IMG/VR virus record: IMGVR_UViG_3300044667_000096
Location: 1-30,928 of that record
Reading direction: 5' to 3' (one strand)
Length of the DNA stretch: 30,928 nt
From: a virus
Lineage: Duplodnaviria; Caudoviricetes
This document shows, piece by piece, positions 14,800-24,724 of this stretch. The position numbers and the translations under genes are program-made. The notes beneath the pieces are model-generated. The model had not been told where the DNA came from, did no database searches, and was given only the letters and a program-made list of their open reading frames with translations. How positions within the stretch are numbered: position 1 is the stretch's first letter; every line of letters begins with the position of its first letter.

Positions 14800-15873
14800 C
14801 TACGGCCGCAGCCAGCAAACTTCCATCCCCGGCCCGGAATGGAAGGTGCGGTCGATGGCAACGCTGCTGCCGGAGCTCTGCCACACCACGGCCTCCACGT
14901 AGTCGCCCGCGGCGAGCCGGAGCTTGCGGGAGGCGTTCTGCACGAAGGTGATGTTGCCGGGGCTGCCGTCGCGCGCCCCGGGGTAGATGGTGGAGCCGTT
15001 GACCCGCAGGTCGAGCTGCCGCGCGCCGAGGGTGGCCTGCGCCCATGGCGCCGACACCGTCACCGCGTACAGCCCCGCGACCGGCGCCGTGTACCGGCTC
15101 GGGTTGGTCGTGTTGTCATGGCCGCCGTGGGTGTCCTCCAGTTCCGAGTTCCACTGGAGTGCCGTCGTCGTCGAGTCCGCGATGCTCTGGTTGGTGGTGA
15201 TGCGGCCGAGCCGGGCGGCGGGCGGGTTGATCCCGAACGGCCGCCACTCGCTGCCGTCCCAGACCTCGTAGTCCTTGGTGTTCGTCCGCCAGATCAGCTC
15301 CGACTCGTACGGGTTCGGCGGCCGGTCGGCGTCGGCGAACGCGAGCGAGTACTTGCTGGTGATCAGGCACGCCTGCGTGCGCGTGTCGGTGATGTTGGAG
15401 TCGGTCACCGACACCTGGCCGTTCGCGACGGACACCGTCGCCAGGGTGATCGCCGAGTCGGGCAGGGCGGGCGTGCCCGAACCGGTGTCCTCCAACAGCA
15501 CGGGCTCCCAGTCGTAGACCGACCAGTCGCTGCTGTTGTGGAGCTTGTCCTTCACCTGCGCGACGACCCGGTGAATCCGGGTGCCGCTGGCCGGCGGGGA
15601 CGGCACGGTCACGTTGATGACCGCGTCGGACCCGACCAGGTACATGCCCTGCCCGGCCACGTCGTCACCGAAGATGAACGCGGTCCCGGCCGCGACGTCC
15701 ACGGAGAAGTTCGCGCCCGCGCCCCGCTGACTGACTTTCAGCGAGCCGAAGACCACGTCGAACACGCCCTCATCGTGGAACAGGCTCGCGATCAGCGAGC
15801 GGTCATCCACCGCCGCGTACTCGATCTCGGTGTCGCCACCGGCAGCCTGCATCCACAGGACCCTGCGCGTCAC
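14800..15873 (-). CDS. Minor tail/baseplate protein with a C-terminal C1q-like head
   Basis: SVDVAAGTAFI, RIHRVVAQV, PALPDSAITLATV; C-terminal SRYTAPVAGLYAV...LAAGDYVEAVVWQ. Confidence 0.8.
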   Translation of the reverse strand: MTRRVLWMQAAGGDTEIEYAAVDDRSLIASLFHDEGVFDVVFGSLKVSQRGAGANFSVDVAAGTAFIFGDDVAGQGMYLVGSDAVINVTVPSPPASGTRIHRVVAQVKDKLHNSSDWSVYDWEPVLLEDTGSGTPALPDSAITLATVSVANGQVSVTDSNITDTRTQACLITSKYSLAFADADRPPNPYESELIWRTNTKDYEVWDGSEWRPFGINPPAARLGRITTNQSIADSTTTALQWNSELEDTHGGHDNTTNPSRYTAPVAGLYAVTVSAPWAQATLGARQLDLRVNGSTIYPGARDGSPGNITFVQNASRKLRLAAGDYVEAVVWQSSGSSVAIDRTFHSGPGMEVCWLRP

Positions 15874-15888
15874 ACGCCCTCCCTCATG

Positions 15889-16749
15889 TCACAGCCACGC
15901 GGGCCGATAGGTGATCACGGCAGCCGAGCCCGCGCTCGACGTCATGGGCGCGTACCGGACCTTGTTGTCGCCCGGCTCCATCCGCCACCACGACGTGACC
16001 TCGAAGTCCACGTAGGTGAGCCGGGACGCGTTGGTGTTCGACAAGGCCAGCGCCGTACGGTTGCGGGTGTCGATCTCCACGTACTCGCCCGCGCTCAAGC
16101 TCAGCGACGACGTAAACGTGATCTCTTCGCCCGTCGTTTCGTTGACTAGGCGCGGCGCCGTGCACGGGCCATACAACCGCGCCACGAAATGGCTGGGGAC
16201 GGAGCCAACGTTGCCGACAATCGTCGCCGCCGTGGACATCGTCGCCGCGTACGCCCACGGGTAGACCTTCGGATACGACCGGCCCGTCGTCGCCGCGACG
16301 TCAGCGAGCACCGTCGTCTCCGACTCCTCGACCGCCTCCCAGACCCCCGACGGAACCTTCCATGCGGCGGAGATCTTCCGGCCGTCCCACCGCGCCGTCT
16401 CCAGCGTCAGCGGCATCGAGAGCTGCTCGACCCGCAGACCGAGGCGGCGCGCCTGCGACCAGCCGTCGTCCTCCACCACCAGATACGGGCGCAGGCGCGG
16501 GTGCAGGAACCGCGCCAGCTCGTCTTCGACGGCGCGCGGGTCCTGCGTCACCAGCAGCTCGATCGAGCACGCCCGCGCGCCGAACAGCTCCGTGGAGTCG
16601 CGCTCACCGTCGTCATCGGTGCGCGCCTCGGAGACCGCTCGGACCTCCGGCATCGGCGCGTCGACCTGCTGCAAGAACACGCCCTGGGTCTGGCGCGGCA
16701 GCAGCACCATCTCGCGGGCGCCGTCGACCAACTTCACCGAGGTAAGCAT
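15889..16749 (-). CDS. Distal tail protein (Dit)
   Basis: Directly after the tape measure; NVGSVPSH...YGP...LSAGEYVEIDTRNRT...WWRMEPGDNKVRY...YRPAWL. Confidence 0.85.
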   Translation of the reverse strand: MLTSVKLVDGAREMVLLPRQTQGVFLQQVDAPMPEVRAVSEARTDDDGERDSTELFGARACSIELLVTQDPRAVEDELARFLHPRLRPYLVVEDDGWSQARRLGLRVEQLSMPLTLETARWDGRKISAAWKVPSGVWEAVEESETTVLADVAATTGRSYPKVYPWAYAATMSTAATIVGNVGSVPSHFVARLYGPCTAPRLVNETTGEEITFTSSLSLSAGEYVEIDTRNRTALALSNTNASRLTYVDFEVTSWWRMEPGDNKVRYAPMTSSAGSAAVITYRPAWL

Positions 16750-19700
16750 CAGCCGAAGCTCGCAGCCCTGATCGCGAAGCCCAGCCTGCCCGCGAGCATG
16801 TCCACGTCGGCGGCCTCGGTGACCTCGACCTTCTCGATGTTCACCAGCGGGCCGTCCTTGCCGTACGCTGCCGCGGCCTCCGTGCTCGGGAAGATCGGCT
16901 CGGGCTTGGACAGGCCGTTGTAGACCGTGGACCAGCCGCGCGGGAGCATGCCGCCGGAGTCGAACTTCAGCCCGTACTTCATCGGGAAAAGGCCGTCGTT
17001 CGTGCCGCGCGCACCGGGACCCATGTGGACGCCGCGCGACCCGGACGACTCCACGTTGACGCCGCCGAGCGTGCCCGCCATGTGGCCGACGCCGGCGTTC
17101 GTGACGCCGACGGTGAAGCCGGAGCGCAGCCCCTTGCGGAACCCCGACGGGCCGCTGTCCCCGCCGGTGAAGCTCCTGGTCGAGAACAGGCGGCTGTACG
17201 GGTTGCGACCCTTGATCACGTTGACGATCGCCGACATGAAGCCGGAGCAGTCATAGCCGCCGGGGCCGACGCCGCCCCACACGTACGGCTTGCCGGACTG
17301 GGACCGGGCGAACGCCAGGCCGCGCTGGACTCCCTTGCCGCCGACGCCGCCGGTGACCTTGCCCTTGATCCAGGCCAGGACCGTCTTCTTGATCCATCCG
17401 GGGATTGCGGCGACGGTGTCCCGGAAGACGCCGGAGCCCGGCACTGCGCCGCCGAGCACTTTCGACAGCAGGCCCTCGGCGGCCTTGCCGACGTTGCCGA
17501 TGGTCCAGTTCTTCACGCCGTCGACGAACTTGCCGATGACCCCGCCGAACGCCATCGCCTGGAGACTGCCGCCGCGGGCGAACGCGATGCCTTCGCCGCC
17601 GAGCGCCTGCGGGCCGCGTGTCCAGTCCCTGCCGCCCGACATCAGGTCCCGGCCCGCTGCCGCCCACAGCCCCTGTGCCCGGCCGCGGAACCGCGGATCG
17701 GTCGGGATGACGTATTCGGGGTAGCGCTGGCGGCCCTCGCCGACGATCGCCATCGGACCGTTCGTCATCATTGGCTGGACTGGCAACGGGTTGTCCAGCG
17801 TGCCACCACGTGCCAGCTTGGGAATGGCCGTCAGCCGCGTCTTTACCCCGGCGAAACCGGCCAGCTTGTTGACCAGGCTAACGATGCCCTTGTTGTAGAT
17901 CCCGATGACGAAATTGACGGGCTCCTTGGCCGCCGATTTCAGGCCGCCCCAGATTTTCCGGATTGCGGACACGGCCGTGGAGAATGCCGACCGCACCGTG
18001 CCCAATGCGCTCTTGAGCGCATTGAAGGACGGTCGAATGCTGCCCGTCCACACGGAGGTGATAGTGCCTTTCAGGCCATTCCATGCCGTCGTCGCGACGG
18101 AGCGCAGCAGCCGGAACGCCGGGCCGAGCACCGCCGCAAGGAAGCTGCGGATGGCGTTGAAGGCGACCTTCATCGCGTTCCAGTTCGCCTTGATGGTGGC
18201 GACGATCGCATTGAAGGCGGGCTTGACGACGTTGCTGTACAGCCACAGGAAGATCGGGGCCAATATTTTCGTGACGTAGAACTTCATCAAGTTGAAGTAG
18301 CCCTTGATCAGAGCCCACGCGACCTTGATGTAGATCTGGATCGCTATCCACACGATCTTGATCGTGTTCTGAATGACGATCCACGCAATGCGGAGCGGCC
18401 CTTGCAGGAACCCCGCGATTGCTATGAAGATCGCTTTAATGCCGGTCCACGTGTAGGAGATGATCGTCCACACCGTGGTGAAGACGAACTTCACATACGC
18501 CCAGTACCAGCGCAGCGCCGTACCTACGACAATGAGCAGGTAGTGCGCGATCTGCGAAAGAATCGGCTTGATCGTCGCCCATGCCTGCATGACAGCGTTC
18601 TTGATCGCCGCCCACGCCGCATTGACGAGATTACGGAACGCCTCGTTCTTCTTGTACAGAAGAACGATCGCGCCGACGAGCAGCATAATCCCGATGACGA
18701 TCAGCGAGATCGGGCTGGTGATGACCAGCAACGCGGCATTCAACAGCCATTGCGCCGCCGTCCATAGGGCCGTCCCCACGGCCGCGATCTTCGTCGCGAT
18801 GGAATGCGCGATGACCCTCGCCGTGGACACGCCCTGCGCCGCCGCCATCTGCCGCCACAGCATGATCTGGCTCTTGAGCGCGGCACCGAGACGGGTCATC
18901 AGCGGCGCGTTCGCCGTCATCGCCGCATTGATGTTCATGAAGCCCTGGGCGAAGTTCGTCGCCATGAGCAGCCGCATCGCGCCCGCGTAGGTGCGTGTCG
19001 CCGCGGTGGCCGTCACCGTGGCGATGGAGTACCCGGCGATCTCGTACTTGACCACTTTGACCGCGTGCGAGGCCGCCCAGGTCGCCGCAGTCCAGGTGGC
19101 CGTCACACCCGTCAAGATCTTCAGGCGGCTGCCAACGACGCCGATGATGATGCTCCAGCCGACCATCTGCCCGACGACGTCCTGGAGGCCCGGCGGCAGT
19201 CCGGCCAATGCCTTCACCAGCAGCCCGAGCGGAGACAGCAGCAGCGGCAGCACCTGCGCGAGTTGCGCAGCCGACTGGCCGAGGCTGCGGAACAGCCCCG
19301 CCGCGGCCGCCTGCCCGGACGCTGACGCCGTCCACGCCGCCATCGCCCCCGTCAGCCGCTCCAAGCTGCCGAGGAGGTCCGTGCTGGCGCCGCCGAACAG
19401 TACCGCCTGCCCGGTGATGTTGATCAGCGTCTGGATCAGGTTCGAGCCGATACGGCCGAGCGCCGCCAGGCCATCACTGACGCCGGCGACCGCATGGGCC
19501 AACTGGCCCGACTCCGTGCGCGCACGCAGCCACGCCGCGGCGACGCGGATGCCCTGCACCGCCCAGGCGGTGAGTTGACGCACCAGCGGCATGCCCGCGA
19601 CCGCCAGGCGCAGCACGCTCTCCAGCAGCGGCCGGACCGCACCCTGAAGCGTCCGGACGATCCCCGTCGTCCCCTGGAAGACCTTCGCGACCTGGCCGCG

Positions 19701-20285
19701 GAACCACGGCGTGGACGCGGTCTTGGCGGCCTCGTGGCCAATGCCGTTCAGCGCGCCCGCGACGCCGACCATGCCCTTGCGGGCCGTCGGCAGCAGGCTC
19801 TTGCCGAGCCGCGACAGGTCGTCGTCCAGCCCGCGGAACAGCCTGTTCTGCGTGGCCTGCTGCACGCCCATGACCTGCTTGCGCATGGCGCTGGCCTGCT
19901 TGACGAACGCCTTGGCGTTCGGGCTGAGCTTCTTGAGGCTCTCGTTGAGCTTTTCCGCATCACCCTCGGCGACCGCCGACATGGCGTCGCCGACACCGAC
20001 TAGGCCGACTTTCAGCGTCCCGGACGCGACCTTCGCCGCAGCCATCGCCGCGGGCAGTGCCGCCACGGCCGCCACTGCCGGGGCCGCCGACCGCGCCAGC
20101 GCCAGCACGCCCGCGCTTGCCGTGGCGATGCCGCCCGCCTTGCCGACCTTGTCGAGCTTGGCCATCGCCCGGTTCAGGCGCGACGTCTCTTCGGTGGCGT
20201 TGGCCATCTCCCGCGACACGCCCCGCATCACGCGAGAGATCCGGTCGCGGCCGACGAGATTGAGGAGGATGGTGCGACCGGCCAC
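16749..20285 (-). CDS. Tape measure protein with a C-terminal NlpC/P60-like hydrolase domain
   Basis: About 1180 aa, Ala-rich helical with Trp-periodic repeats; GKPYVWGGVGPGGYDCSG...GHMAGTL near the C-terminus. Confidence 0.92.
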   Translation of the reverse strand: MAGRTILLNLVGRDRISRVMRGVSREMANATEETSRLNRAMAKLDKVGKAGGIATASAGVLALARSAAPAVAAVAALPAAMAAAKVASGTLKVGLVGVGDAMSAVAEGDAEKLNESLKKLSPNAKAFVKQASAMRKQVMGVQQATQNRLFRGLDDDLSRLGKSLLPTARKGMVGVAGALNGIGHEAAKTASTPWFRGQVAKVFQGTTGIVRTLQGAVRPLLESVLRLAVAGMPLVRQLTAWAVQGIRVAAAWLRARTESGQLAHAVAGVSDGLAALGRIGSNLIQTLINITGQAVLFGGASTDLLGSLERLTGAMAAWTASASGQAAAAGLFRSLGQSAAQLAQVLPLLLSPLGLLVKALAGLPPGLQDVVGQMVGWSIIIGVVGSRLKILTGVTATWTAATWAASHAVKVVKYEIAGYSIATVTATAATRTYAGAMRLLMATNFAQGFMNINAAMTANAPLMTRLGAALKSQIMLWRQMAAAQGVSTARVIAHSIATKIAAVGTALWTAAQWLLNAALLVITSPISLIVIGIMLLVGAIVLLYKKNEAFRNLVNAAWAAIKNAVMQAWATIKPILSQIAHYLLIVVGTALRWYWAYVKFVFTTVWTIISYTWTGIKAIFIAIAGFLQGPLRIAWIVIQNTIKIVWIAIQIYIKVAWALIKGYFNLMKFYVTKILAPIFLWLYSNVVKPAFNAIVATIKANWNAMKVAFNAIRSFLAAVLGPAFRLLRSVATTAWNGLKGTITSVWTGSIRPSFNALKSALGTVRSAFSTAVSAIRKIWGGLKSAAKEPVNFVIGIYNKGIVSLVNKLAGFAGVKTRLTAIPKLARGGTLDNPLPVQPMMTNGPMAIVGEGRQRYPEYVIPTDPRFRGRAQGLWAAAGRDLMSGGRDWTRGPQALGGEGIAFARGGSLQAMAFGGVIGKFVDGVKNWTIGNVGKAAEGLLSKVLGGAVPGSGVFRDTVAAIPGWIKKTVLAWIKGKVTGGVGGKGVQRGLAFARSQSGKPYVWGGVGPGGYDCSGFMSAIVNVIKGRNPYSRLFSTRSFTGGDSGPSGFRKGLRSGFTVGVTNAGVGHMAGTLGGVNVESSGSRGVHMGPGARGTNDGLFPMKYGLKFDSGGMLPRGWSTVYNGLSKPEPIFPSTEAAAAYGKDGPLVNIEKVEVTEAADVDMLAGRLGFAIRAASFG

Positions 20286-20300
20286 GCGCACCCCCTCGGC

Positions 20301-20657
20301 TCAGATGTCGTCAGGAACGCGCAGGCGGACACGGCCGCTAGGCGGCCTCGGAGCCTTGGGGCGGTTGGCCTTCTTGCCGTTGCCGCGCTGCCAGTTCGCG
20401 ACCTCGGCTTGGTGGATCATGACGGTGCGCTGCTGGCCTTCAGGCGTCCACGCGGCGATCTCCTCGCCGTACAGCGCCCGCTTGCTGTGGGAGTCCTCGG
20501 GCAGTCGGGACACCAGCACCCACAGGCGCCGCAGAGACATCCGCCCCGCCCAGAACTCGCCGAGCTGGTCGGCGTCGCGCGGGTATCGCGCCGCCAGGTC
20601 GGCCTCTACGTCCTCGCTCGCCCCCAGGATCAGGCAGGCGAGGAGCTGGAGTTTCCC
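20301..20657 (-). CDS. Tail assembly chaperone, post-frameshift (gpT-like) segment
   Basis: The -1 frame continues KLQLLACL...VEADLAARY...LRRLWVLVSRLPEDS up to the tape measure gene. Confidence 0.8.
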   Translation of the reverse strand, partial: GKLQLLACLILGASEDVEADLAARYPRDADQLGEFWAGRMSLRRLWVLVSRLPEDSHSKRALYGEEIAAWTPEGQQRTVMIHQAEVANWQRGNGKKANRPKAPRPPSGRVRLRVPDDI

Positions 20658-21019
20658 GCCGTCGTCCCGCCGAGGGCGTTCCCGAGCGCCTCGAACGCAG
20701 CCTCGAAGTCGTCCTCGCCGATGTCCAGGTTCTCGATCTGCTCGACAACCTCGTGCGGCTTGTCGACCATCTCCCCGGTCATCGGGTCCTTCTCCTGCGA
20801 CGGCGGCCAGATCGCGTCCAGGCACCCCGAGATGTCGCCCCGCCGCAGCGCCCGCATGAACTTGAACCGCTTCCACTTGCGCGGCAGATCGAACGTGGCC
20901 GCCTCATCGCCCTCGCCGAAGGTGATGGTGCGGTCCTTGCCGGTCGCCTCCGCCTCAGCCGCCTCGACGGCCGCTTTCGCTCTGCTCGGTGCTGCCACGT
21001 CGTTCTCCCCGGATGTCAT
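20630..21019 (-). CDS. Tail assembly chaperone (gpG-like)
   Basis: Acidic 129-aa protein upstream of the tape measure, carrying the slippery site. Confidence 0.85.
   Translation of the reverse strand: MTSGENDVAAPSRAKAAVEAAEAEATGKDRTITFGEGDEAATFDLPRKWKRFKFMRALRRGDISGCLDAIWPPSQEKDPMTGEMVDKPHEVVEQIENLDIGEDDFEAAFEALGNALGGTTAGNSSSSPA
20651..20657 (-). other. -1 ribosomal frameshift slippery site G GGA AAC
   Basis: XXXYYYZ heptamer in the correct phase (GCG GGA AAC) near the end of the chaperone gene. Confidence 0.85.
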
Positions 21020-21528
21020 GATCTGCTCTCGATCTCGCGGGCGTATCGGTCGATCGCCCGCACGGCGGCGCGCTGCGCCTCACCGCCATACCGGCTGGCC
21101 GTGGAGTAGAACCACGGCGTGGGCCGCTGTGTCACCCACGTGTCCCGGCCGAACACCGGATGCCGCCACCGCTGATACGGGCGGACACCCTCCATGTAGC
21201 CGGGCACGGACTGCTTGCCTGCGGGCATCTTCTTGGGGTTCACCCACACGACCACGCCCGCGCGGGCACCTGCCGTGCGGACCCGCAACTGCGTCGCCCT
21301 CGCCACCTGCCGCCGCGTGGACGGCAGGCCGCGCCGCGCGTTCTGCCCCTTGGAGGGCAGTGCCCGCACCGCCCGCTTCTCCTCTTTCAGGAGACGGCCA
21401 CCAGTGCGCCGCAGCTCCTTGCGGAGCTGCGTGCGCAGCACCTTGCCGTCCTCCAGCCGCCGCGTCTCCCGCACCAGGTCGCGTAGCCGGTCGCCGTTCT
21501 CGATGGCGAGCTGAAGGGTGGCGGCCAT
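21016..21528 (-). CDS. Basic tail-completion/neck protein (HK97 gp10-like, tentative)
   Basis: Arg-rich; YMEG...WRHPVFG...WVTQRPTPWF; coupled to both neighbours. Confidence 0.6.
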   Translation of the reverse strand: MAATLQLAIENGDRLRDLVRETRRLEDGKVLRTQLRKELRRTGGRLLKEEKRAVRALPSKGQNARRGLPSTRRQVARATQLRVRTAGARAGVVVWVNPKKMPAGKQSVPGYMEGVRPYQRWRHPVFGRDTWVTQRPTPWFYSTASRYGGEAQRAAVRAIDRYAREIESRS

Positions 21529-22016
21529 CAGGCGGGGATGACGAGGTTCTCGGCAGGCTCGTCGGTGATGTTGAAGTTCACCTGGATCGAACTGGCGTCG
21601 TCGTCCAGGGTGATGTTCTTGCCTAGCGAGCCGATACGGCTGGGCCAGACGTCCATCGTCGGATTGCCGGCGATGTCACCGCCGTGCAGCCACACCACGA
21701 AGCCGTCGTCGTCGAGTTCGAGGACCGCGCGAATGTCGGCTCCGTTGCGGTCGGAGTACATGGTCAGGCTGGAATCGTCGGCGCTGGTGCTGCCGTTGAT
21801 CGACCCGGTGAACCGGGTCGCCAGGTCGGGCGTCTCAACGGACTCCGATTCCAGCACCCAACCGTCCACGTCCATGATCTGCGGGGACAGGTCGATGCCA
21901 GCGTCCAGCTCACCGCGCGTGGGGGCCGACTTGTTGGCGATGTCCGGGACCCAGTAGCACTTGGTTTTGGACTTCGCGACGTACCGGGTGTGGGCGTTGA
22001 TCGGGGGCGGCGCCAT
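21528..22016 (-). CDS. Major tail (tube) protein
   Basis: WVPDIANKSAPTRGELDAGIDLS...TPDLATRFTGSING...DVWP pattern of actinophage tube proteins. Confidence 0.85.
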   Translation of the reverse strand: MAPPPINAHTRYVAKSKTKCYWVPDIANKSAPTRGELDAGIDLSPQIMDVDGWVLESESVETPDLATRFTGSINGSTSADDSSLTMYSDRNGADIRAVLELDDDGFVVWLHGGDIAGNPTMDVWPSRIGSLGKNITLDDDASSIQVNFNITDEPAENLVIPA

Positions 22017-22318
22017 CACTCACTCTCCTTCTTGGTGCGCCGACCACGCGGCGACTGCTTGGCCTGGTCTTCGGTAAGCACCGGCTCGGGCTCGGTGACC
22101 GCCTCCTCCGCCGCGGCGGACGGGAGCTCGCCCCCCTTGTCGAAGGGCTCGCCAGACGGTTCGGGGTCGGGCAGGGGGTCCAGGACTGGCGCGGGTGGCG
22201 AGGTGGGCCGGTCGTCGGTGACGACCTCCCAGCCGGACTTGCGGTACACGTCGACCGCGGACTCGCGGGCCTCGAACTCGCCGCCGGTCTCGGGGTGGCG
22301 GAGCTTCACGCGCCTCAT
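22016..22318 (-). CDS. Hypothetical protein with an acidic, Pro-rich tail
   Basis: Coupled on both sides; LRHPET...YRKSGW N-terminus. Confidence 0.7.
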   Translation of the reverse strand: MRRVKLRHPETGGEFEARESAVDVYRKSGWEVVTDDRPTSPPAPVLDPLPDPEPSGEPFDKGGELPSAAAEEAVTEPEPVLTEDQAKQSPRGRRTKKESE

Positions 22319-22821
22319 GCCGAACTCCCGATGATCGTGATGTCATAGGTCACGCCGGTCGTGCCGCCAGAGTTGGCGACCTGCAGCAGGTCACCGGTCG
22401 CCGCGGTCACCGCGTAGCCGGTCGCGCCCGGCGCGACGAGCAGCAGCAGACCGCCCGGCCGGATCACGACCTTGTCGGTCGCGTCGCTCACCCAGTTGAC
22501 GAAGGCGTTGCTGGCCGCGCCGCCGAGCACCACGTTGTTGGTGTTGGCGGAGGACGCCTCGACCAGCAACGCCTTCACGCGGGCGAAGGTGAGGGTGGTC
22601 CCGAGCGCATCCACCAGGCTCCCGGCCAGGTCCAGCGACTCCGAAGCCGACGCCGCCAGGGTCCGGCGGTCCGCGAACCGCAGGTCGGCCTGATTGGCGC
22701 CGGTCCCGTTGGCCAGCGGGAACGACCGCGCCTTGCGGACATCGGAGGCCGGTGGGCCGAAGTCGGCGGTGCCGGTGAGCAGCGCGGTCAACTCCACGCC
22801 GATACGGCTGGTCAAGGACAT
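22315..22821 (-). CDS. Putative virion structural protein, 168 aa
   Basis: Beta-rich A/T/G/L sequence; GAGGGA RBS; located in the head-tail region. Confidence 0.75.
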   Translation of the reverse strand: MSLTSRIGVELTALLTGTADFGPPASDVRKARSFPLANGTGANQADLRFADRRTLAASASESLDLAGSLVDALGTTLTFARVKALLVEASSANTNNVVLGGAASNAFVNWVSDATDKVVIRPGGLLLLVAPGATGYAVTAATGDLLQVANSGGTTGVTYDITIIGSSA

Positions 22822-22837
22822 GAGGGTCCCTCTCGTG

Positions 22838-23278
22838 TCAGGAGGTGTAGGCGTCCACGTGGACGGTGAGGCGGACCGTCGCGACTACGCCCTGGTCGGT
22901 CCGCTCCTGGATCAGGTCGCCGGAGATGAGCCGTGCCGACATGCAGGCGCCGCCGAGGGTGTCGTCGTCGGCCAGAGCGGCCGCCGCGGCGTTCGCCAAC
23001 TCATAGACGCGATCCCGGACGGTCTTGAAGTCGGCAACGCCGCTGTAGGACGACGCCAGACACGACACGTCGTAGGACTCGCGGTCCGGCTCGGCGGCGA
23101 GTTGCTCGCGGGTGCGTGTCGAGTCGACGGCGGGCTCGCCGGGGACGTCGTGACACCCGACCGCGATCAGGTCGTCCTGCGTGTCGAGGGGCTGCCCGTC
23201 GGCGACCTGCACGTCCGGCAGCGCTGCCGCCCAGCGGGACGTCAGGGCGTCCAGGACGGCGGGAACCGTGGAGATCAT
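22838..23278 (-). CDS. Tail terminator-like protein
   Basis: Starts MISTVPAVLDAL with ATGA overlap; DDTLGG motif; position after the adaptor. Confidence 0.7.
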   Translation of the reverse strand: MISTVPAVLDALTSRWAAALPDVQVADGQPLDTQDDLIAVGCHDVPGEPAVDSTRTREQLAAEPDRESYDVSCLASSYSGVADFKTVRDRVYELANAAAAALADDDTLGGACMSARLISGDLIQERTDQGVVATVRLTVHVDAYTS

Positions 23279-24105
23279 GCGATCCCCGACACGGGCTCGC
23301 CGAGCAGCTCCAGCGCCCGGTACGGAATGGCGTAGGCGCTGGGATTCACCACATAGGTAGCCGGGTCGGCGACCTCGCCGCCCAGCGCCGGACGCGACCC
23401 GCCCGCCGCGCGCTGCGTCTCCCACATGTGCTTGAGGATGATCAGCGCGGCGCGGCTGATGTTGGCTGGGATGACCTGCCTGCCTGCGGTGTAGGTCACG
23501 GCGATGTTCGCCGCGCCGTCCAGCCAGCACCGCCGGTACCGGCCAGACATCCGCGTCAACACCCCCGAGTCCTCGTCCAGGTCATAGCCGGACGCGGCGA
23601 CGGTCGCGCCGGACTCCGTCACCGACGTGACCGACAGGACCGGCGTGTGCGCCAGCACGACCGCGTCACGGCCGCCGTCGGAGGTCTGCGTGTGCGATGC
23701 ACGCAGCACCGCGCCCGCGTACCGCTCCACCACGGCTGTGGTCGCCTCAATGAACGACCGCAGCTCCTCGTCGTCCTCGACCCGCGACGTCGGGATGTTC
23801 AGGTGCGCCTTGGCGTCGGCGAGCGACACGACGAAACCCGGGTCGGCCGGACGGACGTCGAACACGTCGCTGTACGCCGTCGCCGGACCGGTCGTCACCA
23901 TCCGCCAGGCGTGCCGCCCAGCCTGCGTCGTGGCGAAGTCCACGACGAGCTGGCCGGTCGCGTCCGGGGGGAGCGACACGGCGGGCGACGTCGTGGTGCC
24001 GTCCGGCAGCGTCACCGTCAGCGTCGCGGTCGCCGGGTCGGCCAGTACGCCGTCCGGATCGCGGACGGCGACGGTGATGCGGTGGACGTCGCCCAGGTCG
24101 ATCAT
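23275..24105 (-). CDS. Head-tail adaptor (gp6-like) with an N-terminal Ig-like extension
   Basis: VSLADAKAHLNI...DDEELRSFIEAT...VTYTAG...PANISRAALIILKHMWETQR. Confidence 0.85.
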   Translation of the reverse strand: MIDLGDVHRITVAVRDPDGVLADPATATLTVTLPDGTTTSPAVSLPPDATGQLVVDFATTQAGRHAWRMVTTGPATAYSDVFDVRPADPGFVVSLADAKAHLNIPTSRVEDDEELRSFIEATTAVVERYAGAVLRASHTQTSDGGRDAVVLAHTPVLSVTSVTESGATVAASGYDLDEDSGVLTRMSGRYRRCWLDGAANIAVTYTAGRQVIPANISRAALIILKHMWETQRAAGGSRPALGGEVADPATYVVNPSAYAIPYRALELLGEPVSGIA

Positions 24106-24108
24106 CGG

Positions 24109-24330
24109 CTACGCGCTCGTCTCGCCCTTGCCGCTCTTGGCGGTGCGTCGCGGCGGGGTCTGCCGCCCCTTCGGCGGCTCGGACTGTGGGTCGTCCTGAG
24201 ACTTGCCGTCTGCGGTGTGGCCGTGGAGCTTGAGCTGCTCGTCGACCTGCGCGACCCGGTCATCCAGACCGCGCGTGACGTACCCGGCGCGCTCGCGCAG
24301 CAGCGCGGCGACCATCGGATCTTCGGCCAT
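24109..24330 (-). CDS. Small hypothetical head-region protein
   Basis: AAGGAGG RBS; ALLRERAGY...RVAQVDEQL. Confidence 0.75.
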   Translation of the reverse strand: MAEDPMVAALLRERAGYVTRGLDDRVAQVDEQLKLHGHTADGKSQDDPQSEPPKGRQTPPRRTAKSGKGETSA

Positions 24331-24353
24331 CTGCCCTCCTTGGTGATGGTGTC

Positions 24354-24704
24354 TCAGGTCGGCACCACGAGCAGCGTCGCGCGGAAGGTGACGCTGGGCG
24401 TGGTGCCGGCCACCGTCGCGGTGACGCGCACGAAGTTCTTGGTCACGGCCCCGTTGGCGAGCGCGTTGCTCGCAGCCGTGAGCTGGGTAATGGAGCTACC
24501 GGGGACCGCCGACCACGAGGACCCGTCCGCCGACTCCTCCAGGGAGGCGTTCAGCGTCGGAGTTCCGGACACGGCAGACACGTGCACGAGCAGCACCACG
24601 TCGGTGGCGACGCCCGCGTTGGCGACCGGGCCGGAGGTGAAGGTGCCGGCGGCTCGGGCCGATGACGGCAGCGCCACGTCGCCGAGTAGGGGCCGAAGGC
24701 CCAT
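24354..24704 (-). CDS. Putative head decoration protein
   Basis: AGGAGG RBS; beta-sandwich-like VSAVSGTPTL...LEESADGSSW...FVRV. Confidence 0.65.
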   Translation of the reverse strand: MGLRPLLGDVALPSSARAAGTFTSGPVANAGVATDVVLLVHVSAVSGTPTLNASLEESADGSSWSAVPGSSITQLTAASNALANGAVTKNFVRVTATVAGTTPSVTFRATLLVVPT

Positions 24705-24724
24705 GAGGTCCTCCTGAAATGGGA

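Noticed and set aside
11244-15873. Diversity-generating retroelement or invertible tail-fibre cassette
   Set aside because: No reverse transcriptase, invertase or template/variable repeat pair was seen in the window.
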